Source: Eledone cirrhosa (Eukaryota). Taken from it: a stretch of 64,000 nt of DNA. The notes below the pieces were generated by a model. It saw only the letters and a program-made list of their open reading frames with translations, ran no database searches and was not told the origin of the DNA. Numbering within the stretch: position 1 is the first letter of the stretch; every line of letters begins with the position of its first letter. Made by a program: the position numbers and the translations under genes. The stretch is from positions 314,464,001-314,528,000 of the forward strand of contig OZ024743.1 in assembly GCA_964016885.1 (NCBI GenBank). Reading direction: 5' to 3'. Shown here piece after piece: positions 12,619 through 23,627 of this stretch.

Positions 12619-12728
12619 CCCGGACTCGAGTTTCTTCCGCACTAATGCAGCAGTAAGGTGCCCTCCACCATCTGTCTGTATATATTATGCAACAATGCAC
12701 AATCGGCTTATGCGGCTTCATCAGCGGG
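12619..12728 (-). ncRNA. Type I hammerhead ribozyme with an 83-nt helix II (element about 12465-12850; partial copy about 13295-13535)
   Basis: Minus strand: CCCG-CTGATGA-ag-CCGCA...TGCGG-aa-GAAA-CTCGAG-TC/-CGGG. Helix III region is palindromic. Confidence 0.8.
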
Positions 12729-13656
12729 TACGCCTAATCAATAACCAATCGATCGATAGATTCCTAAGAGCAGTCTATGCCGGCCATGACTGTTTGTGAC
12801 GACTGACACGGTAAAGCTATTAGCAACTGGCACCCGATAGGACTCTATCTCTCAACTAGCCACTGATTTACAAATTTTACGTGGGGACGGGAAGCTAAAA
12901 AGAATCAATCTTTTCGTTCCTGTCAGAAGCCCTCAACCAACGTGTCTCACACAAAAATTATCAAGGGGTCAAATGATGGCAATTAGAAATAGCAGTTCAT
13001 ATTGATATACAATGGAATGGTAGCATTCGGTTCATGTCTCCAAGCCCCATGGCTAGAGGAAAGCGATGGTAACAATGTTAGTGCCAAGAACCTTTAACGA
13101 ACTTCCATTATATAGCAATATAGTAGTGAGCTGAAATGTGTAAGCCGCGTGCGTAGATAACCAGTCTATTTCACAACTTAAAAGAGTGAGCGAAAAAATT
13201 AATAGCAGGAAAAAAGAGTGCATATCAAAACAAAAACACAATAAAAAATGAAAAATTGTTTAACTTACTCTAAATTGTCCGCTATTTGGGAGATAATAAT
13301 AATAAGGGTTGACGGACCCAGCATATTTATCAATGCCAGTACCTGTTGTATCTCAGCGCACTTCATGGGCAATGTAAGATACGTTACCAGAGTATTCACA
13401 AAGTTATTTGCTTCAACACAACGCACGTAAAACGGGTGCCTATAAGGATCCCGGACTCGAGTTTCTGCTGCATTAATGCAGCAGTAATGTGCACTACACC
13501 ATATGTCTGCATATATTATGCAACAATGCACAATAATATTACTCCCTGTAATTAGATATTTGTCAAAAGTTACTAGCACATTGAATTCGCTTTATAATGT
13601 GTCTAAGTAGGCTGTGATTTAGGTAAATGCACCCTTGCCATTATTTATCATTTCCA

Positions 13657-13848
13657 GGTGGTGGATTGGCAGTATTGGTAGAGGGTCGGACGCCATGCTT
13701 TGACGCAAAGAGTTACAGCCCTTTCCATTCTGAGATAAAATCCCGCCGAGGTTAACTTTGCCTTTTATCCTTACGTGGTCGATAAAATAAAGTACCAGTA
13801 ATACACTGGGAAATTGCTGGCCTTGTGCCAAAAGTAGAAACAATTATT
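13657..13848 (+). mobile_element. SINE with a 20-bp TSD
   Basis: Same family as 6835; attatttatcatttccaggt at 13640-13659 and 13843-13862. Confidence 0.9.
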
Positions 13849-14879
13849 TATCATTTCCAGGTTTCAGTAATCGGCATAAAATGCACGTTTGTCTTTTGCA
13901 AACTATTAATGTATCAACCGAAAATTGTTATAGTTGTTAATTTATTTGTTATTCCTGCTATATATGGCATATAAATCCTGAATGCGTTTTTAATGCGCTA
14001 TGTTTAGATTGAACCGTAACGTTCGTATGTCCACTAACGTTTTAAGACCTCCTTACTCTCGGCTACTGACTGATATGAAAAGACAGTTCTAGATTATAAT
14101 TAACAGTAACGGAATTTACTTCTATATCTTTAGAATTGGAGAGGCTGCGAAAGAAAATAATTAGTGATATGAAGAATGAAATTTATCTGAAATCAACCTA
14201 CTTTAAGAAATCACTAAATGCAACAGCTCATATATTAAATGAAAGAATTATATAGTAATATAAATATATAAAAGAACTAGGATAAAGTTGATTGAAGTTA
14301 CATAAATGATTGGGATGTGCGTCATTGGGCTTGAGAAAGAGCATTGTGGAGGTTTCAATATAGTTTATCCTATCCTGTTCATAATTTATTTGGTGTTATG
14401 TTGATTATGTAACACCTAGCGCATATTGACTACCAGCGAATATTTATTTTTTAATTATTCCATGTTTTCTTGTTTTTTGTAGTTTTATTTTACTCGTAAA
14501 CCAAGTAACTGGGTATAAAACCGATGCGTTATTTCAAAGTCAATTACGTCTGAATTGACAGCTCATGAAAGCGTCGAAGAAAATGTTCTGTAGTACGTGT
14601 TCCGGTCAACTTTGAATTTTATCACTTGGTTCACGAGAAATGAAGTACATTTCCAGGCTCAGTGGATTGGCGAAATTGTTTAAGCTCAGTGGATTGGCGA
14701 AATTGATTGGCGAAATTGTTTAAGCTTCATACTTTGTTTCGTTTTTTCCGAGTCTTTGTTTACAGAGACCAAGTACATCGACGTACCACTAGAAACGCGC
14801 TGCGATCAATGATGGAATTACAAACGAAATCATAGTTTCTTTATGCAGATGTGAGGATCGACTTGTTTTTCATTTGATA

Positions 14880-15092
14880 TAAGGTTTGTTAGAATTAGTA
14901 GAGTATAGGTTAAAATGCCATTCACGAAGGTTCTTCTAGCTCTTTAGATTCTGAGTTTGCATCTTGCCATTGTCAACTTTGCCTTCATCTTCGTGGAGTC
15001 GATAAATTAAATTACAATTCAAATAATGTGGTTTATTTAATTAACTTTAGACATCCCTCGAATTTGAAGACTTCGTTCCTAAATAGTAAATC
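14880..15092 (+). mobile_element. Old degenerate SINE copy
   Basis: ctgagtttgcatcttgcc..gtcaactttgccttcatcttcgtggagtcgataaa. Confidence 0.65.
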
Positions 15093-15127
15093 ATTAATTC
15101 AATGTTTTTCACTTGTTCACTTTATCT

Positions 15128-15236
15128 TTATTAATAGTTATTGGTTAGTTCATCAAAGTTCTTGCGTCACGCACTGAGGAGGTCACATATTGTGTGACGA
15201 AAGAACTTCGATGAACTAACCAATAACCATTAATAT
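15128..15236. repeat. Hairpin around a hammerhead core (PLE terminal-repeat fold-back)
   Basis: 46-bp inverted arms (4 mismatches) around CTGAGGA-g-GTCACA-tattg-TGTGAC-GAAA. Confidence 0.8.
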
Positions 15237-15879
15237 AATCTATTTAGAATAGAATGCAGAGGAATTCTGAAAGTGATTTGGTGTTGTCCTGATCCCATTA
15301 GTGATAAATAAACTTCACAGTATGTTTTAAAATAGTCAAGAAATAATATTTGATTAGAATAAAACCGTGAAAATGTTTTTAGATCTACTGAATCTGACCT
15401 AAATTATAACAGATGAACACTATTGATTGAAACATAAAATCATTGCCTGTTCTATAGCGAATGATTTCGTGTGAATAATTGAATGAAACACTTGAATATA
15501 TTGGAATTTGAAGAAAGTAAATTACGTAAAATTTAAGATTGATTACTCAATAAAATTAAGTTGTTTCCATTTTAGAAAAAAAGGTTCTTGTGGGTTTCGT
15601 GAACATATTCTCTTCCTGTGTTTTTAGTCTTCAAAACATAATTAATTATACGTGTAATAAAGTCAATGAAGTTTGTTCCTAACTAAACGACTCGAGCCAC
15701 ACTTCCTAAAACTTGTACCACACAATACATTAATTGTAATTATCTAAACGGTTAGTGTCTGATGAACTATTTATGTCTCATCCTGTTATTTCACTGTTAT
15801 TCGTTCTTATGTTGATCTTATAAAATATAAATGTCAGCTTATTGCAGATTAGGTTTAAGTAAAACTAGTATATAACAAT

Positions 15880-16960
15880 AGATTCTAATTGCTACACAAG
15901 GCCAACAATTTGGGGAAGGGTGAGAATGTATCATATAGGGCCCGAGTACTTGACTAGTACTTTATTGTATCGATCACGGAAGGATGAAAATCGGAGGAGA
16001 ATATAGCGGAATATTTAATGAAATCTCAAAAAGCGTGAATAAATCTCATATGCTAGTAATACGAAGAAAAATGGTTTCTGATTCAGGCACAAGGCCTAAA
16101 AGTTTGCGGGGAGGAGAGGAACATTTATTACATCTATCCCAGTGCATTACAGGTGCTTTATTCTATGGAACAAGTAAGGATAAAAGGCAAAGCTAAGCTA
16201 GGCGGGATTTGATCTCAGGACGTAAAGGGCCATAATTATATGTCGCGAATAATAATAATAATTGTTTCTACTTTAGGCACAAGGCCAGCAAATACCCAGT
16301 ACATTACTGGTACTTTATTTTAACGACCCCGTAAGAATGAAAGGTAAAGTTTAACCTCGGCGGGATTTGAACTCAGACTGTAAAGGGACGTAACTATGCT
16401 AGAAAGCATGGCGTCCAACCCTCTACTGATACTGCCAATTCACCGCACCGCGAATAATAATAATAATGGTTTCTAATTTAGGTACAAAACCAACAATTCG
16501 GTGGAGGAGAAAGTCGATTCAATCGACCCCAGTGTGTTACTGGTACTTTATTTTATCGACCCAGTAGGATGAAAGGCAAAGCTAACATAGGCCGTAATTA
16601 TATGCTGCGAATAATAATAATGATTGTTTCTCCTTTTGGCACAAGGCCAGCAATTACCCAGTGCATTACTGGTATTTTATTTTATCGAAGGATGAAAGGC
16701 AAAGTTAACCTGGAAGGGATTTGAACTCAGACCGTAAAGGGACGTAACTATGCTGAAAATCATGGCGTTCAATCCTCTACCGATACAGTCAATTGACCTC
16801 CCAGTAATAATAATGGTTTCTCATATAGGCCCAAGACCAGCAATTTTGGGGGGAGGGGAAGGTCAATTAAATCGACCCCAGTGCGGGACTAGTACTTTAT
16901 TGTATCGACCCCGTAAGGATGAAAGACAAAGTTAACCTCGGTGGGATTTGGACTCACTAA
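15880..16960 (-). mobile_element. Head-to-tail stack of about six SINE copies
   Basis: Copies at about 15880-16050, 16065-16250, 16258-16448, 16460-16610, 16620-16800 and 16805-16958, separated by (AAT)n or gcgaataataat spacers. Confidence 0.85.
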
Positions 16961-17394
16961 TAATAATTGTTTTTTTGACCACTTTCTTCTGACTGTTGGC
17001 CTTCGAGCAGCAGGTGTTTAACTCTTTTTGTCTCTTTTACATACCCAACACTAGACGAATTCCCCTCATAAAGTCCTGGCCCGAGTGGCTCGGGCACTGA
17101 TATACTTCACATAGGCAGGTCGACTGCACCCCTGATTTGTATACATGTTTCAGATATATCATATTCGCGGGTGATAGATATAAGGCTGCATCATCTATAC
17201 TATTTTATCGTGACACCATCCCTTGTTGGATTGCTTACTATATAGCTTTGATGGACACCTCCTAATTCCTAGGTTTCGAAATCAAAGGGATTTCAAATGG
17301 AGGAAAATAAAAAAAAAAAACACAAGAAAAATGCAAAATGGCCAGTGTGAAAAATTCAGAAAATTAAAGAAAAAAACTTTAGAGTCATAGAACC

Positions 17395-18000
17395 GGTTAT
17401 GTAAAGGAAAAGTGAATAGGGAAACAGACAGCTTACTATTAGCAGCTCAACAGCAGTCTCTAGATACCAATGCTGTAAAGAGAGGGATTTATAAATGGAT
17501 GTATCAAATAAATACAGATTGTGGAGAAAGAAACTTTATCACCAAAAGAATACAAAAGAATTATGACAAAGTTTATTCTAAACTGCATTGGATATTGTAC
17601 ACGAAGTATGATACTGAGAGAAATTGGAATCTGTGGTAGAAAGCGATAGTGCCAAGATTTTGTGGGATATGAACATTCAAACGAATAGAATATCAAACAC
17701 AAACGACCTGATATAGAGATATGGTTCTATAATTGATGTAGCCGGTCCAGTTTATAACAATGTGGCACAAAATAGAATTGAGAAGTTAAGAAATTACTCT
17801 AAATGCAGGGTAGAAATAAAAAGGCTATGGAATAAAGAGATAGGCATCATATCCGTGAAAATTGATGTTTTAGGATCAATCCCCCCAGATTTACATCACC
17901 ACTCGAAAACACTCAACATAGAGTACGACATGAATACTCTTTAGACATCAGTGCTTTTAGGGACAGCCTATATTCTTCTAAAGATTCTGTTTATTAAATA
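17395..18000 (+). mobile_element. R4/Dong-type non-LTR retrotransposon C-terminal fragment (restriction-like endonuclease), decayed
   Basis: ETDSLLLAAQQQSLDTN, KILWDMNIQT..KRPD, IIDVA.P, EKLRNY..L, IDVLGSIP, SVLLGTAYIL in shifting frames. Confidence 0.8.
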
Positions 18001-18086
18001 TGAGAGAAGCCAGTCGTTATCCATTTCTTAAACTTATGTTAAGCTTGGGTTGGAACTCTAAATAAACAACAGTATCACCCAAAGCT

Positions 18087-18270
18087 TGGATTGGCAGTAT
18101 CGGTAGAGGGTCGGACGCCATGCTTTCCAGCATAGTTACGTCCCTTTACGATCTGAGTTCAAATCTCGCCGAGGTTGACTTTGCCTTTCATCCTTACGGG
18201 GTCGATTAAATAAAGTACCAGTAATGCACTGGGTAATTGCTGGCCTTGTGCCTAATGTAGAAACAATTAT
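18087..18270 (+). mobile_element. SINE (young copy)
   Basis: Near-consensus A/B boxes and core. Confidence 0.9.
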
Positions 18271-18279
18271 CATTAATAT

Positions 18280-19010
18280 ATTATTTCTTTATTGCACACT
18301 TGGGGCGAAACAAATACGGGTGATCTGAAACCCCAAAATCACCAAGAGAAACCACGCCCCCAATCTCCGGAGACGGGATGAGTGGGTGCAAAACGGTTCG
18401 ATCGATATGCATGCATCTCAGAGAGAACCATCTGTCATCCTTACCATAGCATTGCCAAGCCAAGGAGTTATACAAATTTTCCATAGACACCGGTCCAAGG
18501 GTCACTCTGAGAACATTGTCACACTTGTCAGTCACTGGCCCTTTATAAAATACTAACGTGGGAATTCAACTGACTGAATTGCCTGATTTCTAGAGAGGTG
18601 TGAGCACATGACAACATTCCAGATGCCAGGCATCCAGTCTCGACATTCGTTGTAACCATGACTGCAGCTCAGTCGAAGAGATGAACAGTAGAAAGACGTG
18701 ACTCACTAACAGCAACCGGAACTGTTCACCGTTTTGGAATATCTACCAATCCAGTAGCCTCAGCACATGTTTGCGCATCATCAGCCACGGCATGCCAGCC
18801 CTTCGTGCTAAGAGTATTAGCAGGCAATGGACAGCCTCACCAAAGGAAATTGTCCTTTCCACAAGAAGTAAAATACCAGGTGCTCCAATCTAATGAGGCA
18901 GAGACAAGGACAAGACATGACACCCAGGCGGTAATAGATGATTGCAGCTTTTTTTCAGTGATATACCTGCCACTACATAGACGATGATGTAGTTTGCCAA
19001 AAGCGTCTTT
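18280..19010 (-). mobile_element. 5'-truncated, internally deleted Tx1-family LINE copy
   Basis: Homologous to about 23360-24680 (atcagccacggcatgcc, tgccaagc.a.gga; SLAWQCY motif). Confidence 0.75.
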
Positions 19011-20862
19011 CTATTTTTCTCTCTCTCTCTCCCTCCCTCCCCCTCTCTCTCTCGCTTTCTCCCTATATATCTATATATATGAGGTCTAATGTATGTTTTT
19101 GTTGTTAAAATCATTCACATGTATATTATGTTGTCTATCATCTGTATCTCTATATACATACAGACACACACACACACGCGTACACACACACAAACATATA
19201 TTGCGTTCTTTTTTTAGCTGTACGGTTTATGTTAATTTCATTGCTGTCTGTTCAACGATCCTTCTATTTTGCTTCGTGTACAATTCTTACACTCTACTCT
19301 ATGGTTACACGGTTCTTTTTTCCATTTTTACATTTAGTTAGCATTTTGCTTATAATCACTTTCTGGCGAGAAGCCATTTTATTTGAAATAAACACTATAA
19401 TTATATTTAGTATATCCAAAACTCAAAATGACAACCAATATTTTTTCCTTGTATGATTGTGATGTACAAATTAGATAAGGTACCAGTCATATACAGGTCA
19501 ATTATATCGACTGGCTTCTTCCCTTTTAAATGTCTGACAATGCACCTATATTGGAAAGAATTATTCTTATTACTTTTTTTAATATCCTTCTGTATATCTG
19601 TTCTCACTTTATTTTTCTGCTGTTCTTATTTTTTCTATATCTTTTTTGTTTGTCTTCGCTTTTTTTCGCTTCTTTTTCATTTGTTGTTTTGCTGTCTTTT
19701 TAAAAAGTTTTCCAATTTAGACACAATACCAAAAATAGTGGTGACGATTATAAGGTTGATTATAGACTGGCATTGTATACTATGAACGAAGGAAGGGTTA
19801 AAATAAAGTTGGCTATGAAAATACTTGGATGTAGAACGTAAACAACTGGTGTTAGATTTAGGCCTTTAACATCCCAATAATAATGAGTTCACAATATTGG
19901 TGACTTTTGAGTATGGGTTAAGTTAAGTTGATTATACCGGTAAACATTGTATGCTATATCCTAACGACTCTGCCAAACAACTGCCATTCATACTTCTCTT
20001 CTCTTTTTCTAATTCTTACCACCCACTTCCTATCACTCCTTTCCATGTCTCATTAGGATATATGACTAAATCTTAACTATAACTAAGTCTGCATTGATTT
20101 CTTCAAGGAAGCATCTGTATTCAGACTCTCTTAAGCTCATAGAAACGTATCTATGGCACCAGCCATAGATACGTTTCTGTAAGTCTAAGATTAAAGAGAC
20201 AAATCCTCCTTCCCAGTGGCCTCCTGTCCATAAAACATTCTTACAGCGCCGCCTTATGGGCATCCCCACTCACACCTGCGCATTCATTTATGATACCACA
20301 GCTGTATTGTGGAGTTTTCATTCTTCATACAAATCTATAGTACCAGAGCTACGACTACAGTTAACCCGAAGCATCTGGCCTCCTCCACTAGTTCCCGCTT
20401 CTTCTCTGTAAGAGTTGTAACATCCTGGTTGCCAATTGTTAATATATGCTCTTTGGCATTTCGGGATATATAATATATGGTCACCCATCTCACGCCTTCC
20501 ACGACAGGTTGCAGATAAATACAAGTTATTGCAGCGTTGGATGAATACTACAGTACATTTTTCGAATAGGCCCCTATACTTACGGCCTGTATAGGACCCT
20601 TGTCATCTCGTGCGAATGACCGTACAGTATGAATTCCTTTATTTCTTCTTAACATACTGCATGGTTTTGGTGGTCTTGTACGCGCTATTCACCAATTCGG
20701 TACTTTTCTCAGTTATACAAAGACTAGGCTTCTGCGAGGTGTCCTTGACTCAGCTCGTCGTATCTACATAACTCTGTTGAGAGAGTTATCTTGGGAGCTA
20801 ACAGTGTCACACATTGCAACATCTTCCATTGTATTTTACCGCTGATGGTCAAGGGTTAATTA

Positions 20863-23233
20863 CACTGGTCAACAAAATTAAATGTATTATACTCATTGTG
20901 AATGTAAACCAACTTTTCTAGACTAATATTTCATGCTGATTTCAGAATTTCACTCCATTTGTATGCAGCACGTATCAGGTTTTCAGTAGATACATCAATA
21001 GATACATACGAATATTTACATATTTGTATATATGAAATCATTAACGTAATAGATAAGGACATATTATCTTTAGAATGTAAATGAGTTTATTGAGTTAAAA
21101 ATCACCACTATCATTCTACAAAGAGTGAATACACAAAAAATGGGTCAGGCAAAACAGACAAAGTTAGAACAACAGAGTTAGAAACATTGTGATTTGGATT
21201 TCCTGCGGCGTTCCTGATCTGGTTGATCACGGTAAAGTGTCCAGCAGTAGTCAGCTAGCATACTGTCATTCCAGAAGCTTTGGTACCGCTTCTCCATAGC
21301 ACTAATATCCTGGTGAAATCTTTCAGCATGTTCATCAGATACTGCCCCAAGATTATCTGCGAGGAAATCCAGATGGGCGTCCAAGAAGTGAACTTTCAGT
21401 GACATGCGACAACACATTGCTGAGTAACATTTCAGAAGATTCTTGATGCCATCCTTGTAGACCATTGGCTTCTTGTTGCTAAAGAAATTCTCACAGATCC
21501 AATTGAAAGCATTCCAAGCAGGCAGTTCCAGTTCATCCAGTGTTGTCTTGAAGTTGACATCTTTGAGTACTTCTCTAATTTGGGGTCCGACAAAGATACC
21601 CTCTTTCAACTTCACCTGTGTGATTTTGGGAAACTTTTCTGCAATATAGTCAAACCCTCTGGCATTTCTCTTCCCTAGTGTCTTTACAAATTGTTTCTTC
21701 AATCCAAGCTTTATGTGCAAATGAGGCAATAAGACATTGCATAGATCTACAAGAGGTGTATTCGTGACGCCAGACAGTCATGGCTGGTATGATGTTCTTG
21801 TCTGCCAGTTTGATTCCGAATAATGTCTGTCAGTTGCCCGACTATCCCATAGACAACAGTATTTTGTGAAATCTGACTGCATTCCCATTACCATTCCAAT
21901 GACTTTTAAATCTCCACATATTTTCCATGAGTATCTTTCATAGGCAATGGCATGAAGTAAAAGTTCCATATTACCATATGATTCATGAAGATAAAAGGAA
22001 TGGAGGGCTTCAAATTACCATATATGGAGAAGTACAACTTTTAAACTTTGTTTTGAAGAGTCAATAAACAAATGCCACTCTGCAGGATAATGATTTTGTG
22101 ATAAATATTCGAAAAGTCCATCAATGTTACTGCAAAAGCAAAGCGGGCCTTCAACAGAAAAACATATTTGTAGAACCACATTTCTCTGCCGAAAATAAGT
22201 TATACGAACACCGTGCTCTAGCAGATACTTCTCATTCAGTCTTGCTGCCAACAGTTCTGCTTTATCTTTTGAGAGGGATAGGTCTCTGACAAGGTCATTC
22301 AGTTCAGCTTGAGAAAAGTTCTGATGTTCAAAGCTATCGTCATCAGCCACGTAATCTTCCTCGGCAGCACTATCGTGACAGTCAGCATCATCATCTAATG
22401 TATGAATAACATCATTTGGTGGAACTGGAATTGGCAGACTTCCATTGTGCAGCACAGGTCTCATTGCAGAATCCAAATGGGGATACACAATGCTGTGTTT
22501 ATTCTTCATAGAAAATCCTGTGTCATTCACTTTGCAAAAATAACAGTCATTAAAATGGTCTTTCAGCTCCCTCCATATCATTGGAATGGCAAAAGGCATG
22601 GACTTCTTCTTCTTATTGGACCAGTCACGTAAGCCATTTGAGCAAGTTGAGCAGATAACATGCGGTGCCCATAACTTGTGATCTCCAAGAGGACAGACAA
22701 AGTATAGCTTATAAACCTTTTTGATGTGTTATTGTACGTGTTTGAGCTATCACAATAAATTGTCCACAGACATAACAAAACACATCAGGACGATTTCTAC
22801 ACTGTCTTGACATTGCTATCACTGTAAAAGAAGTAAGGAAATAGATACAAACGGTTATACTTATATTGAATTTGAGATAATGAAGTATTTCATCAGACCA
22901 ATTATGACTGGAGAATTTGAGATGTGGAAAAACCTATTTCATCAGACAAAACTTAATTGGTTAATTTAAGATGATGAAATATTGCATCTGAACTCTGCAG
23001 CAATGAATATTGTAGTCTATTTTAAAGGTATGTTTCCATGATGTAAATGAAATACATGCATATACGTCATTAATTGGAATTTCTATATAATGAATGAGCT
23101 AAAACCAAAACAATTTCTCATCTTGAAAAATGTACGTGATGACAAAATCTAATTGTATATTTGAAATCAGCATTAAAAACTACACTAAGTAGACATTGAG
23201 ATATGCTTGATGAGAAATACTTGTTGACTAGTG
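20863..23233 (-). mobile_element. Complete Chapaev3-like (CMC superfamily) DNA transposon
   Basis: TIRs cactggtcaacaa / ttgttgactagtg (12 of 13 match), 3-bp TSD TTA (20860-20862, 23234-23236), subterminal inverted tgctgatttca/tgaaatcagca. Confidence 0.85.
21178..22813 (-). pseudogene. Chapaev-type transposase, frameshifted
   Basis: ATG at 22813: MSRQCRNRPDVFCYVCG...WAPHVICSTC (Chapa-like zinc finger), MPFAIPMIWRE..H..DCYFC, LFIDSS, WKICGDLKV, LHIKLGL, LKVHFLDAHLD, DEHAERFHQDI. Confidence 0.85.
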
Positions 23234-23627
23234 TTATTCGTCCGGCCTGAATATATCGCAACTGACCATCATATCTGTCCGTGGTATCACTATCTACCAC
23301 CTAAGACTAGTACCTTAACAAATCATTTAACAACAACAACAACAACAACAATGATTTCATTTATTAGCCACAAGGGCCGACATGTAGGGGACAATACAAA
23401 GACAGGGACAGTGGGGTTTACAATAAGGTCGAGTAAAAGTACACAATGGCAAGACTAATTTAACAATGAAAATATAAAAATATAAAATAAACTATGCATA
23501 GATATAACAAAATAAATTCCCCGATAGGGGGTGGACGACCTTGGGGTGACTCGGGTACCCCGCCAATCCTGAACCCTGCGCTTCTAGGGCACCCAGGGAG
23601 AGCACCCCTCTCCTCAAGTTAGCTAGC

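Noticed and set aside
20066-20830. Higher-GC block with a faint RT-like motif (ILYIPK..NNWQP) on the minus strand
   Set aside because: Too degenerate to assign without a search.
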